A stretch of 61,451 nucleotides of DNA, filler included. It is 5 parts of 5 records of this genome, joined end to end, with 100 filler letters (N's around TTAATTAATTAA, not from the genome) between each part and the next. Parts side by side here need not be neighbours in the genome. Positions count along the whole stretch, not along the records: positions 5,288 to 23,566 come from SRR20825010_3348; positions 23,667 to 29,167 come from SRR20825010_3350; 3 more parts are not named here. One strand, given 5' to 3'. Position numbers and translations under genes: made by a program. Positions 17,110-27,043 of this stretch are shown in pieces. The notes under the pieces are model-generated. The model made no database searches. It had not been told where the DNA came from and saw nothing but the letters and a program-made list of their open reading frames with translations. Numbering within the stretch: the first letter of the stretch is position 1; each line of letters starts with the position of its first letter.

Positions 17110-18897
17110 TTATGCCTCGCAGCTTACACAATCTTTCTTTTGTTTGAATTTTTGTGCAGCATTCATACTGTGTTGATAGTACAAGGATTTTAGACCCAGT
17201 TTCCATGCGGTAACGTGGATTTTATTGACCTCCTTTGTAGGCATATCAGGGTGTACAATGATATTCACCGACTGTCCTTGATCTATATGGTTTTGCCTGT
17301 TGGCCGCTTGATAGATGATATCCAACTGATCTAATTCCGAGTAGGTTAAAAAGACTGCTTTCTCTGCTTCGGTCAAAAAGTCCAAATGCTGTACCGAACC
17401 ATCCATATCGCGAATGCTCTTCCAAACTTCGTTGGTATTCTGTCCCTTTTCTTCCAATAGGTCCATTAAGAAAGGATTCTTGATAGTGGTCTTGATTTTG
17501 GCTATATCCTTCACATAGCAGTTAGACCAGATTGGCTCGATTCCCTGTGATACCTGTCCCAAAATGAAAGCTGAGGAAGTAGTAGGAGCAATTGCGTTCA
17601 ACGTAGCGTTACGTCTACCGTAACCCTTCAACACTTCTGGCTCTCCAAAACGCTCTGCCAATTGCTCGGATGCTTTGTAAGAACGTTCTTTGATCTCTTT
17701 GAATATCTCACTGTTCAAGTTATAGGCTTCCTGGCTGTTGAATGCATATCTCTTGGACTGCAATAGGGAGTGCCAACCCAAAGCACCTAGACCCAATGCC
17801 CTGTTTTGTTTTGCAAAATTGTAGGCTCTTTCCATAAATAGGAAAGTTTGTCGGTCGTCCCTGTCTGAAGAATCCCTGTAAGCTTCCAATTTTTCGATGA
17901 ACTCCGTAATTACCGCATCCAGGAAGTGAACCATGGTCTCAACGGCATCGGTTTTCTTCCATTTATCATAATGCAATAGGTTGATACTGGAAAGTACACA
18001 TACAAATGACCAATCATCATTGGATGGCAACATAATTTCTGTACACAAGTTGCTGGCATGGATACGGTGATTCTTGTCCTTATAAACATCTACCGCACCA
18101 TCGTTGGCATTGTCGGTGAAGAATACATACGGATAACCCATCTCACCTCTACGTTGCAATACTTTTGCCCAAACGGTTCTTTTATCAACATCCCCCTCGA
18201 TCATTTCCTGCATCCATTGGTTGGTCACGGTAACGCCATGGGTCAATTGTTGGATAGGATTCCCTTCGGTCCCGATTTCCAAGAATTCCAAAATATCCTT
18301 GTGGTCAATGGGCAAATATGGAGAAAAACGACCTCGACGAACGGAGCCTTGGCTCACCACATCCACCATGGATTCGAACAACTGCATAATATGGACAGCT
18401 CCCGAAGCCTGTCCGTTATTTTTAACAGGCGCTCCTCTATGTCTTATTTTTCCAAAGTATCCAGAAGTTCCACCACCAAGCTTCGACATCATCCCTACCT
18501 CAGATTGGGTGTAGAGTATGTTCCCCATGTCATCATCTATATGGGAACCAAAGCAACTAATAGGCAACCCTCGCTTTTTACCAAAGTTCGACCAAACAGG
18601 GGAAGCCAAAGAAAAGAAACCTTCGGACATGTAACCGTAAAATTTGTCCGAGTACCCCGGAATCTGCAAAATCTCCTCTGCCCTATCGCCTATCTCACGG
18701 ATACGCCCCTCTGGGGTAACCCCCTCGGTAAGGTATCCAGATGCCAAAAACTTTCGGCTATACTCGTTCAACCATTCAAAGCCTTTATCCTCCTCGTTCT
18801 TGAGTTTGGACAAAGTGTCCTTTCTTGCATTTACAAGTTCCTGTGTTTTGTTGTCTTGCTTTTGGTCAGTGGTCGGGGTTTGTGTTCTCTTCTCCAT
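17110..18897 (-). CDS. nrdA: Ribonucleotide reductase class I alpha subunit lacking an ATP cone
   Basis: Motifs PISCF, SNLCTEI, AIAPT, SLYY and C-terminal CVSCEA. At 595 aa it has no N-terminal cone. Confidence 0.95.
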   Translation of the reverse strand: MEKRTQTPTTDQKQDNKTQELVNARKDTLSKLKNEEDKGFEWLNEYSRKFLASGYLTEGVTPEGRIREIGDRAEEILQIPGYSDKFYGYMSEGFFSLASPVWSNFGKKRGLPISCFGSHIDDDMGNILYTQSEVGMMSKLGGGTSGYFGKIRHRGAPVKNNGQASGAVHIMQLFESMVDVVSQGSVRRGRFSPYLPIDHKDILEFLEIGTEGNPIQQLTHGVTVTNQWMQEMIEGDVDKRTVWAKVLQRRGEMGYPYVFFTDNANDGAVDVYKDKNHRIHASNLCTEIMLPSNDDWSFVCVLSSINLLHYDKWKKTDAVETMVHFLDAVITEFIEKLEAYRDSSDRDDRQTFLFMERAYNFAKQNRALGLGALGWHSLLQSKRYAFNSQEAYNLNSEIFKEIKERSYKASEQLAERFGEPEVLKGYGRRNATLNAIAPTTSSAFILGQVSQGIEPIWSNCYVKDIAKIKTTIKNPFLMDLLEEKGQNTNEVWKSIRDMDGSVQHLDFLTEAEKAVFLTYSELDQLDIIYQAANRQNHIDQGQSVNIIVHPDMPTKEVNKIHVTAWKLGLKSLYYQHSMNAAQKFKQKKDCVSCEA

Positions 18898-18900
18898 AAT

Positions 18901-20175
18901 TTAAAAAAGGTCGTCGCTTGTTATACTTTGTGTTCTTTTGCTATAGTTGATGGATCTTTTTACAAAAAAGTCTCCATGTTTTGTTCCAATGATCTCGTCG
19001 TCGAACCACTCGGTTTGTTCCAATAGTTTTTGGTCGACGTCGAATATTTTGGAGATGCCAATGCTCTCCAATGAGTTGTTGAATCTGTTTTTGATGAATT
19101 CGTTCACCAAATTTTTTGGCAAGAAATCCAATTCACCATCTTCAAAGATCCAATCCACTATCTTGCTTTCCGCTTCAAATGCTTTCTCGCAGATATCCTG
19201 AATCATTTCTTTATATGCATCATCGAACCACTCTGGGTGCTCCTTTTTGATGATGTTGATGATGTCGATTCCGAAATCACCATGAATCTGCTCTTCTTTT
19301 GAAGTAGCCTCAACCACATTCGAAATTCCTTTTAGGACATTCTTGTGTTTATTGAATGCCATAATGATCAAAAACTGGGAGAAAAGTGAAACGTGCTCTA
19401 TAAAAAGTGAGAACAGCAATACCGACTCTGCGTAATCCTTATTGTTCTCGCTTTTTGCATTCTTGAGCGCAGTCTCCAAATACTGCACCCTTTTCATGAT
19501 CACGGGCTTTTTCTTCAGGTTTTCGAACTCCTTGTTCAATCCCAAAATTTCCAAAAGATGGGAATAGGCATCGTGATGGCGCACTTCGCTTTCCGCAAAC
19601 GTAGCCCCGACAGAACCAATTTCCGGTTTTGGCATTCTATGGTAAATATCGCCCCAGAAAGATTTCACGGCCACCTCTATTTGAGAAATGGCAAGCATGG
19701 TGTTTTTGATGGCGCTACGCTCCACCTCGTTCAGTCCAGATTTAAAGTCCTGGATGTCACTGGTAAAGTTAAACTCGGTATGAATCCAATACGAATGACG
19801 GATTGCTGGAACATACTCATACAATTGCGGGTACTCATAAGGCTTTAAGTTGATGCGCTTCTCAAAAATGTCCGACTCGCGCATTTGAGCCCTTTTATTT
19901 CTGTAAATAATGTATGCTTTTGCCGCATCATGGAACTCACTATCCATAAGTTCGTTCTCAACAACATCTTGTACTTCCTCAACGGTCGGCAAATAATGTT
20001 CGTCTTGGCTTTTTCTCTCCAACAACACTTGGTTGACGTTATTGGCAATGGTCTGCGCATCAGTGATCTGACCATGCTCCACAGCTGTCATGGCCTTCAA
20101 GATTGCATTTGTAATCTTGTGTAAATCAAATTCTTGCGTACTAAAATCCCTCTTAGTTATCTGAGTAATCTGCAT
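18901..20175 (-). CDS. nrdB: Ribonucleotide reductase beta subunit with N-terminal ATP cone (class Id/NrdBi type)
   Basis: N-terminal ITKRD..FDLHKITNAILKA..VEEVQDVVE..AKAYIIYR, then ferritin-like QIEVAVK, EVRH and EQIH. Confidence 0.95.
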   Translation of the reverse strand: MQITQITKRDFSTQEFDLHKITNAILKAMTAVEHGQITDAQTIANNVNQVLLERKSQDEHYLPTVEEVQDVVENELMDSEFHDAAKAYIIYRNKRAQMRESDIFEKRINLKPYEYPQLYEYVPAIRHSYWIHTEFNFTSDIQDFKSGLNEVERSAIKNTMLAISQIEVAVKSFWGDIYHRMPKPEIGSVGATFAESEVRHHDAYSHLLEILGLNKEFENLKKKPVIMKRVQYLETALKNAKSENNKDYAESVLLFSLFIEHVSLFSQFLIIMAFNKHKNVLKGISNVVEATSKEEQIHGDFGIDIINIIKKEHPEWFDDAYKEMIQDICEKAFEAESKIVDWIFEDGELDFLPKNLVNEFIKNRFNNSLESIGISKIFDVDQKLLEQTEWFDDEIIGTKHGDFFVKRSINYSKRTQSITSDDLF

Positions 20176-20598
20176 GAAGAAAACGGTTTGGAGTTGTAAA
20201 AAATAGCTTGACTGTAAAATTCATATTTTCTTTACTTGGATTCGCGGTTTTGGCAATTAGGTTCTTAACACTTTTATCAACATTCGAGATTTTTAAGAGT
20301 CAAAAACCTTGTGAACAAACGTATAGTAAGGTCTCCAAAAAATTCACGCTTGTCGCAAATTGTCCAAAATAGTTTTTCACAGTTTTTTAACAATTTTTGA
20401 GACCCAACTCCCACAACAAGTTTTCAAAACAAGGTTAGACCCAGTCTATCCGCAACAAGCGAACCACGCAATCGACGAACTACACCATACTTTACAGCAG
20501 ATTAACAACAAAAAATATACTGAAACCTCAAACACATCTAATTTGCCTTTGATTATCCAATCGATAATCGACCCACAAACCAAACCTATAATTGTATT

Positions 20599-22455
20599 TT
20601 GACATACATACGCTTTCTTATCGGTCTAATCGCGCTTGTTTTAATTTTGTTCAATCCTGAACTTGACAAAATTGATGTTCTTGACAATTCATCAAACAAA
20701 AACCCTCACATGAACCACCTCAGTTTAGATAGTGATGGTGATGGCTTCCCTGACGATATTGACCAAGATGATGACAACGACGGTATTCCCGATATTTACG
20801 AAGATGGCTGTGAGACCAATGTTGGATTTGGTTCTCCCCCACCATCCAACAGCACTACAAATTATGTCACCTCCATTTATACAGACTATAATGGCTTCTG
20901 GACATCATCTGTAGGAAGCTTGAACCCGAAAGCCTATGATGACGTTTCCACCCTGTTGGGCTTTACAGTTGGAAGCAATACATACGCGACCGGAGTGGTA
21001 TCTACACGAATGATTGACAGTGATAACAACAGTTATTATGACCAAATCGACACTGACGGCAACGGAATTGGTGACCTAAATGTGGAAGAAACTTCTTGGA
21101 GGGCACTTAAACCGGTTACAAAGATTCTATCCGGAATACGTCTGGAAGGAAGATCTATTGATGGGAACAACGGACAAGCTGCAGGCCCTTTGTTGACCAC
21201 CGGAGGAATTCCCTTCAACCCTTATTTATACCAAGGAGAACGAGGACTGGACATGGCTTATGCCATTGCCAATATCGGCAATGCGTGGTATTTTAGATTG
21301 GGGGGCACCAATACTCCTGCATATGGTGATGGCATCATGGATATTCTTTTGACCCAGGGCGCTCAACTATCCGGGGGATCTAATTATAATAGATTGCATT
21401 TATTGGACAAGGATGGGAACTACCTTGGCAATGGCGTCGAAGTAAACTGGAACAACACACCTATTGTGGGCAATTCAATGATCGACCAATATAATGTGAA
21501 CGACACCCCTAACAATAAAAACGTAAAAAAGAATATTAGGTTGGCCGCCGTTGAACTCTCTGAATTTGGGTTGACAGCCGCCGAGAGAACAGAAGCCGTC
21601 ATCTTTAGATTGGAAATTTCTGCCAATGCAGACCCTGTTTTTTTTGCAGTTAACGATGATAGTTTTAGCACAGGTTGTTCACCAACGGACAGTGATGGGG
21701 ACGGCCTCGCCAATGGACTAGACCTTGACAGTGACAACGATGGAATTTTGGATGCCGTGGAAGCCGGTCACGGTGTCACCACAGTAAATGGGCGCATCCC
21801 CGGTCCGGTAGGCACAGATGGTATTCCAGATGCGATACAAGCTCCTTCACAATACAATAATGGAACCATCAATTACAACATAGCCGATTCTGATAACGAT
21901 GCATTTTTAAACTATACATCCATTGATAGTGACTCGGACGGGTGTTACGATGTTGTGGAGGCTGGTTTTACCGACCCGGATGGTGATGGTCTTCTGGGCA
22001 ACTCCCCAGTAACCATCAATTCTTCCGGAATGGTCTTGGGACAAGGTGGATATACCACTCCGGTAGATGGTGATGGCAACACCGTTTATGATTATACCGA
22101 AGCCGGAAACAGTCCCACTGTTTCGACAATTCCGACAAACGCCATTATTTTTGATGGACATCCGGGCAACCTCAACATCACAACGACCAATACCACACAA
22201 TATCAATGGCAAGTAAGCACCGACGGTGGTGCAAACTTTACCGATATTTCTGATTTTGGGATGTACTCAGGAACGGACACGGATACCTTGACCATCAACA
22301 ATCCGGATATGAGCATGAACGGATATTTGTATCGAGTGGAATTATTCAACGATGCCTATACTTGCTCACCTTCATCAACCTCCAATAGCATTACATTGAA
22401 TATTAGAGTACAAACAATCATCACTAACAGGAAAGTAACATACAGGGTAAACTAA
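20599..22455 (+). CDS. Putative secreted or surface protein with DxDxDG calcium-binding repeats and a C-terminal Ig-like domain
   Basis: Hydrophobic N-terminus from a TTG start (uncertain), several DSDGDG/DSDNDG motifs, YQWQVSTDGG...YLYRV, ending TIITNRKVTYRVN. Confidence 0.75.
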   Translation: MTYIRFLIGLIALVLILFNPELDKIDVLDNSSNKNPHMNHLSLDSDGDGFPDDIDQDDDNDGIPDIYEDGCETNVGFGSPPPSNSTTNYVTSIYTDYNGFWTSSVGSLNPKAYDDVSTLLGFTVGSNTYATGVVSTRMIDSDNNSYYDQIDTDGNGIGDLNVEETSWRALKPVTKILSGIRLEGRSIDGNNGQAAGPLLTTGGIPFNPYLYQGERGLDMAYAIANIGNAWYFRLGGTNTPAYGDGIMDILLTQGAQLSGGSNYNRLHLLDKDGNYLGNGVEVNWNNTPIVGNSMIDQYNVNDTPNNKNVKKNIRLAAVELSEFGLTAAERTEAVIFRLEISANADPVFFAVNDDSFSTGCSPTDSDGDGLANGLDLDSDNDGILDAVEAGHGVTTVNGRIPGPVGTDGIPDAIQAPSQYNNGTINYNIADSDNDAFLNYTSIDSDSDGCYDVVEAGFTDPDGDGLLGNSPVTINSSGMVLGQGGYTTPVDGDGNTVYDYTEAGNSPTVSTIPTNAIIFDGHPGNLNITTTNTTQYQWQVSTDGGANFTDISDFGMYSGTDTDTLTINNPDMSMNGYLYRVELFNDAYTCSPSSTSNSITLNIRVQTIITNRKVTYRVN

Positions 22456-22489
22456 AAATTCATGTCGTAGCCTTCAATACAAATAAACT

Positions 22490-23566
22490 TTAAATTTTAA
22501 TCTTAAAACCACCATTGATCACAAAACCATCAACGGGTGCATATATCTCAGAAAATTGTGGATCACTTAAATTGCCTGAGTATATGGTATCGAATCGTGT
22601 TTGCCGAGTATCCAAAAAGTTTTCAAAATTCAGGAAAATAGAGAATTTATCACTTAGCTTCTTTTCACTCATTAAGCCCACGATCCAATAGGATTTACCT
22701 GTTTCCCCTGAAGAGAGCTTTTGGGGACTGTAATAATAGCCCTCCAGACCGATCCAAAGGTCACCCTCTTTCTCATACATCAGCACATTGTTCAAACGAT
22801 GCTTCGCAACCAGTGGAAAGTCGGACACTGTTCCGTTTTGATGTTGCTTAACATTGGCGTGGGTATAGCCCGTAAACAACTTGAAATCCCCGTATTTGAC
22901 TTTGAGATTGATCTCCGCACCACGGGTATCCACAAATCCATCGGGTTGTTGAAAAGTGTAAAAGCCGTCTCCTTCGGACTGCAATACCATAGGGTCATCT
23001 ATTCTGGTATAAAATAATAGCGTATTGATGGACATGGTCATGCCCGGCATGGGTACCCATTTATAATTTACATCAAAATTACCGCCCAAAGAACGTTCCA
23101 AATCCGTTTGATCAATATCAATGGGGAGCACGTTCCTAAACTGTAACCGTTCTGCATCCTCCGTAAAAACCGTAGGGGTCTTATAGCCCATTCCTCCCCC
23201 CAGTCGAAATGTCAATTTTTGACTTGGCTCATACAGTATGGATAATCTAGGCAATGCCAAAGCTCCGTAATCGGAATGAAAATCGGTGCGAAGACCTGTT
23301 TCCAAACTGAGCCCTTCATTGATTTGCCAAACGTTTTGGGCGAACAATCCAAAAATTTGATAGGATTGGTCCAGTGCTATGGCCTGATCTTCCCTGGTAT
23401 CGTTAAAATATTCCGTCCAAAGATTGGTCCCGAACACCCATTCAAGACCGTTTTCCGAACCGGTTGAAAAGTTCAGCTCACTAAAGGAGGAACGTTGATA
23501 GCCCGAAAAGATAAAATCCGGAACCTGTATCGTCCGATCTGCAAAAAACGGGCATAGTATACCACC
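22490..23566 (-). CDS. TonB-dependent receptor, C-terminal barrel; truncated at the contig end
   Basis: Motifs GLRTD, LPRLSILY, FENFLDTRQ and YAPVDGFVINGGFKIKI. The frame is open to the contig edge. Confidence 0.85.
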   Translation of the reverse strand, partial: GGILCPFFADRTIQVPDFIFSGYQRSSFSELNFSTGSENGLEWVFGTNLWTEYFNDTREDQAIALDQSYQIFGLFAQNVWQINEGLSLETGLRTDFHSDYGALALPRLSILYEPSQKLTFRLGGGMGYKTPTVFTEDAERLQFRNVLPIDIDQTDLERSLGGNFDVNYKWVPMPGMTMSINTLLFYTRIDDPMVLQSEGDGFYTFQQPDGFVDTRGAEINLKVKYGDFKLFTGYTHANVKQHQNGTVSDFPLVAKHRLNNVLMYEKEGDLWIGLEGYYYSPQKLSSGETGKSYWIVGLMSEKKLSDKFSIFLNFENFLDTRQTRFDTIYSGNLSDPQFSEIYAPVDGFVINGGFKIKI

Positions 23567-23666
23567 NNNNNNNNNNNNNNNNNNNNNNNNNNNNNNNNNN
23601 NNNNNNNNNNTTAATTAATTAANNNNNNNNNNNNNNNNNNNNNNNNNNNNNNNNNNNNNNNNNNNN
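23567..23666. other. Artificial contig spacer
   Basis: N-run with TTAATTAATTAA. Confidence 0.98.
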
Positions 23667-24450
23667 AACAGCCGATACGGCGAAAACGGATGACAGCGCA
23701 GCAAACAGCACGACAGAAGAAGTGACAGAGGATGTCAAAGAAGGTTGGGATAAAACCAAGGAAGCTGTGAAGGAAACGGCGGAAGACGCGTCCCAGGCCA
23801 CACAAGAGGCCTATCGCGATATCAAAGGTTTTGTTTTCAGTGAAGACGAAGACAAGCTTGATATACAGGACGTCCGGATCAATCCGCGGGCCATGGCCAC
23901 AAATATTATTGGAGAGCCAGTCTATAACCCCAAGGAAGAGCGCGTCGGCGTTATAAAGGATGTTATCCTCGATCAGGACGGTAAAGCAGTGATGGTTGTG
24001 GTCGGTGACGGCGACTTCTTTGGTCTTGGTAAACTTGCTGCATTTGACTATGGCAGCATGGTCAAAATGAATGCGGATGGCGATATTGTTATGCCAATCA
24101 CAGAGGAAGCGATTGAGCAAGCCGCCGAGTTCACTTATGACGAAAAAGCCGCTGGCGACAAAATGCTCACGATGTCGGCATCCGGGTATAGTGTTGAAAA
24201 GCTCCTCGACGCAAATCTGGTAAACGCCAAGGGCGAAAAAGTCGGCGATATTGATGATATCACTTTCACAGACGGCAAAGCTAGTCAGCTCATAGTCGGC
24301 GTTGATAAAATTCTCGGTCTCGGCGGCGAGGAAATAAGCCTGCCCTACGATACCGCGAAGGTTATCCCGGTTGAAGATGAGTTCGAATATCAACTATCCG
24401 CGAAAAAAGCGTCCCTCATTACCAACTATAAATCCGCACCGTCGAACTAA
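23667..24450 (+). CDS. Tandem PRC-barrel domain protein; 5' truncated
   Basis: ATNIIGEPVYN..VGVIKDVILD..GDFFGLG and LLDANLVN..VGDIDDI..ILGLGG. Confidence 0.8.
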
Positions 24451-24478
24451 TACGGACGTGGATTGGAAAGGAACGACA

Positions 24479-24685
24479 ATGTTGAACGAAGATATCCTTA
24501 AGGGAAAATGGAAGCAGATCAAAGGCGCCGCCCAGAAAAAATGGGGCAAGCTAACCGACGATGATCTGGATCAGATAAATGGCGATCGGGAAGTATTTCT
24601 CGGTCGCCTGCAGGAAAACTACGGCGTGGCCCGTGAAGAAGCGGAAAATATGCTGGAGGAATTCGAAAGAGATCAGTCCTTCTAG
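24479..24685 (+). CDS. CsbD/YjbJ family general stress protein
   Basis: NEDILKGKWKQIKG...WGKLTDDDL...GRLQENYG. Confidence 0.92.
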   Translation: MLNEDILKGKWKQIKGAAQKKWGKLTDDDLDQINGDREVFLGRLQENYGVAREEAENMLEEFERDQSF

Positions 24686-24701
24686 ATCCCGACACTAAGA
24701 G

Positions 24702-24738
24702 AACAGGCACCGCACTCAATGCGGTGCCTGTTTTTTTT
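24702..24738 (+). terminator. Intrinsic terminator
   Basis: AACAGGCACCGCA-ctcaa-TGCGGTGCCTGTT followed by a T-run. Confidence 0.9.
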
Positions 24739-24776
24739 CAAGCCAATTATATTTTCAAAAACTATTCCTTGTGGCG

Positions 24777-25271
24777 CTATTCCTGAGTTTCCTTATCCTC
24801 TATGCCGGAAAACCTGGCCCGAATGAGACCTCCCACCAGTAAAATAATCCCGATAGCGATAAAAGCGACAATTCCAAGACTGTAAAACCCAAACCCGATT
24901 GCCAGTCCAATTCCCCCGGCTGCCCAGATGCTTGCCCCCGTTGCCGTTCCGACAACCCGGCTGCCATCTCGTTGAATGATAGCTCCCGCGCCCAAAAAGC
25001 CGATGCCCGTCATGACACCGGCGATGATATTGGCAAGATCAATTCGCAGGATACTGTCGGCAAGGGAAAAATCAGCGTAAATTTCCTGGCCCAGAATAGC
25101 GAGTATGCAGGTTGTCACAGCGACAATCATATATGCTCGAAAATCAATCGGCTTATTCTTTGTATCTCTCTCAAGGCCCAGGATAAGCCCGAACAGCATC
25201 GCCATGCCGACACGCAGGAGAAGCTCCTGCCAGGAGAGATATGAAAGTTCACCCGTCAGCTCTGCTATCAT
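24777..25271 (-). CDS. MgtC/SapB family membrane protein (short form)
   Basis: GLERD..KP.DFR, IIAGVMTGIGFLGAGAI and GTATGASIW. Confidence 0.9.
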   Translation of the reverse strand: MIAELTGELSYLSWQELLLRVGMAMLFGLILGLERDTKNKPIDFRAYMIVAVTTCILAILGQEIYADFSLADSILRIDLANIIAGVMTGIGFLGAGAIIQRDGSRVVGTATGASIWAAGGIGLAIGFGFYSLGIVAFIAIGIILLVGGLIRARFSGIEDKETQE

Positions 25272-25536
25272 CTTCGCCCCTCGATTTTTTCTCGAAATCT
25301 ATCAGTATATTTGAAATTTCGCGGAGCAGTTCAGGCGCGGCGGGTGTGTTCTTGGCACTAGGCATATTTTCAGATTCTGCCCGCAGAAGAGCTTTAGCAT
25401 CTTCTTCCCAGGACTCCAGAATTTTGCGCTTCTCGTTGTCACTGAGATGCTGATCATCGACAACTTCTTGTGGGGAATCAAATACGGCGGATGGATCCTC
25501 CAGTATGTCTTCTAAAGATACGGATAGTTCACGCAT
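25249..25536 (-). CDS. Small conserved-looking hypothetical protein, coupled to the mgtC-like gene
   Basis: GAAAGG RBS, motif DPSAVFDSPQEVV..LS..EKRKILESW, and a 23-bp overlap with the downstream gene. Confidence 0.65.
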   Translation of the reverse strand: MRELSVSLEDILEDPSAVFDSPQEVVDDQHLSDNEKRKILESWEEDAKALLRAESENMPSAKNTPAAPELLREISNILIDFEKKSRGEDDSRADG

Positions 25537-25570
25537 GCTGCTTTCCTTTCGTAATTCGAACTAACGGACC

Positions 25571-25638
25571 AACAATTCAAATCCGAGATAGTTCCTTTTT
25601 TCATGAATTTGCAGGAACTATTTTCCGTGTCTGGCGTT
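25571..25638. promoter_or_regulatory. Back-to-back EcfG (sigmaT) general-stress promoters
   Basis: Plus strand: GGAAC(25614-18)-N16-CGTT(25635-38). Minus strand: GGAAC(25595-91)-N16-TGTT(25574-71). Confidence 0.7.
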
Positions 25639-25673
25639 TGCACTTTGTCTTTCATCAAATCAGGAGAATGAAC

Positions 25674-25808
25674 ATGAGAGTTTTGAAAACGATGCTGGTA
25701 GGTCTCTTTATTGTGTCCGCGCCGTTGGTGCTCAACGCCTGTGAGGACGAAAATCCCGTTGGCGAAGCCGTCGAAGAAGTAACAGACGAGCTCGATGACG
25801 CCACGTAA
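25674..25808 (+). CDS. Small entericidin-like lipoprotein (44 aa)
   Basis: AGGAG RBS, lipobox LNAC, acidic tail GEAVEEVTDELDD. Confidence 0.7.
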   Translation: MRVLKTMLVGLFIVSAPLVLNACEDENPVGEAVEEVTDELDDAT

Positions 25809-25838
25809 TAGATAATTATCAATCACGGAGATTTGCAC

Positions 25839-26030
25839 ATGCCTTTAGCAAGAACGAGCGATCATTTACTGGGTGATATCCTTAAAATTCTGCTCGCCGT
25901 CATCCTGCCACCGCTTGGCGTTCTGATGGAGGTCGGATTAGGCAAACACTTCTGGATTAACGTCATCCTGACATTGTTTGGCTACATACCCGGCATCATT
26001 CACGCCGTTTACATCATAGCAACCCGCTAA
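25839..26030 (+). CDS. YqaE/Pmp3 family membrane proteolipid
   Basis: ILLAVILPPLGV...FWINVILTLFGYIPGIIHAVYII. Confidence 0.92.
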   Translation: MPLARTSDHLLGDILKILLAVILPPLGVLMEVGLGKHFWINVILTLFGYIPGIIHAVYIIATR

Positions 26031-26159
26031 TGATTGGTGGCGTTTAGGTCCTCCGCAATTTAGCCGATGCGTGCAACATCACGCGTCGGCTCTATCTTCC
26101 GGACCACAAGCAGGCAGCCCTCTTAATCAAGGGCCCCTTCTCTCTTCTGGAGTGAAATA

Positions 26160-27029
26160 GTGTTTTTCATCACCATCCTCAAAAAAACAATCACGAACTG
26201 GCTGGACGATGATCCCTTCACCCAAAGCGCGGCGGCGGCATATTATGCTGTATTTTCCCTTCCCGGGTTGCTCATCATCATTATGGCAATTGCGGCAATT
26301 TTCTTCGATCAAAGCCGCGTTGAAAACGAAATTCTCGGTCTTACACGCGATATGCTAGGCGGCGACGCCTCCAGCAGCGTGAAGGAAATCGTTGAGGAGA
26401 CGCAGCAAGAAGATCGTGATTTCTGGGCAATGATCGCTGGTGCCCTTACGTTGGCATTTGGTGCAACCGGGCTGTTTGTCCAGCTCCAAAGATCACTTAA
26501 CCTGATCTGGGACGTGGAAATCAGTAAAAAGGCCGGCTGGCTGGTCTTCCTAAGAAGACGTTTGGCATCCTTCAGTTTAATCCTGATGGTTGGGTTTTTG
26601 CTGCTTGTATCTTTGTCCCTCACAGCGTTTTTTACGGCTTTCGGCGAATGGCTGGCGACCCAGTTCTCCCCTGAATGGGCGAAAGGACTGATGATCCTAA
26701 GTAACGTCATTTCCTTTCTTTTGACGGCCACGCTTTTTGCCCTGATCTTCAAAATTCTGCCCGATGCCCATGTCGCCTGGACTGTCGCTTTTTATGGTGG
26801 CTTGGTCTCGGCCGCGCTCTTCTCTATCGGCGAATACGCCATGAATTTCTATTTCGAAGTTGCCGAACCTCAGTCCAGCTTCGGGGCCGCCGGTTCCGTT
26901 ATCCTGGTGATGTTGTGGGTCTCCTATTCTTGCCTGATCCTGCTGATCGGGGCCGAATTTTCGAAAACATATGCTCATGAACAAGCGAACCGCCATACCC
27001 CGTCCCCCGCAACCGCCAAGAAAAACTGA
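26160..27029 (+). CDS. YihY/BrkB family membrane protein
   Basis: SAAAAYYAVFSLPGLL, LNLIW and FGAAGSVILVMLWVSYS..LIGAEF. Confidence 0.9.
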   Translation: MFFITILKKTITNWLDDDPFTQSAAAAYYAVFSLPGLLIIIMAIAAIFFDQSRVENEILGLTRDMLGGDASSSVKEIVEETQQEDRDFWAMIAGALTLAFGATGLFVQLQRSLNLIWDVEISKKAGWLVFLRRRLASFSLILMVGFLLLVSLSLTAFFTAFGEWLATQFSPEWAKGLMILSNVISFLLTATLFALIFKILPDAHVAWTVAFYGGLVSAALFSIGEYAMNFYFEVAEPQSSFGAAGSVILVMLWVSYSCLILLIGAEFSKTYAHEQANRHTPSPATAKKN

Positions 27030-27043
27030 GGAAAGGCCAGATT

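Noticed and set aside
20360-20602. 80-aa TTG-start ORF between nrdB and the surface protein
   Set aside because: AT-rich divergent promoter region with no motif support.
23540-23566. Last 27 nt of contig 2 as an IS end interrupting the TonB receptor
   Set aside because: The translation looks atypical, but there is no partner inverted repeat or transposase and the sequence is too short to judge.
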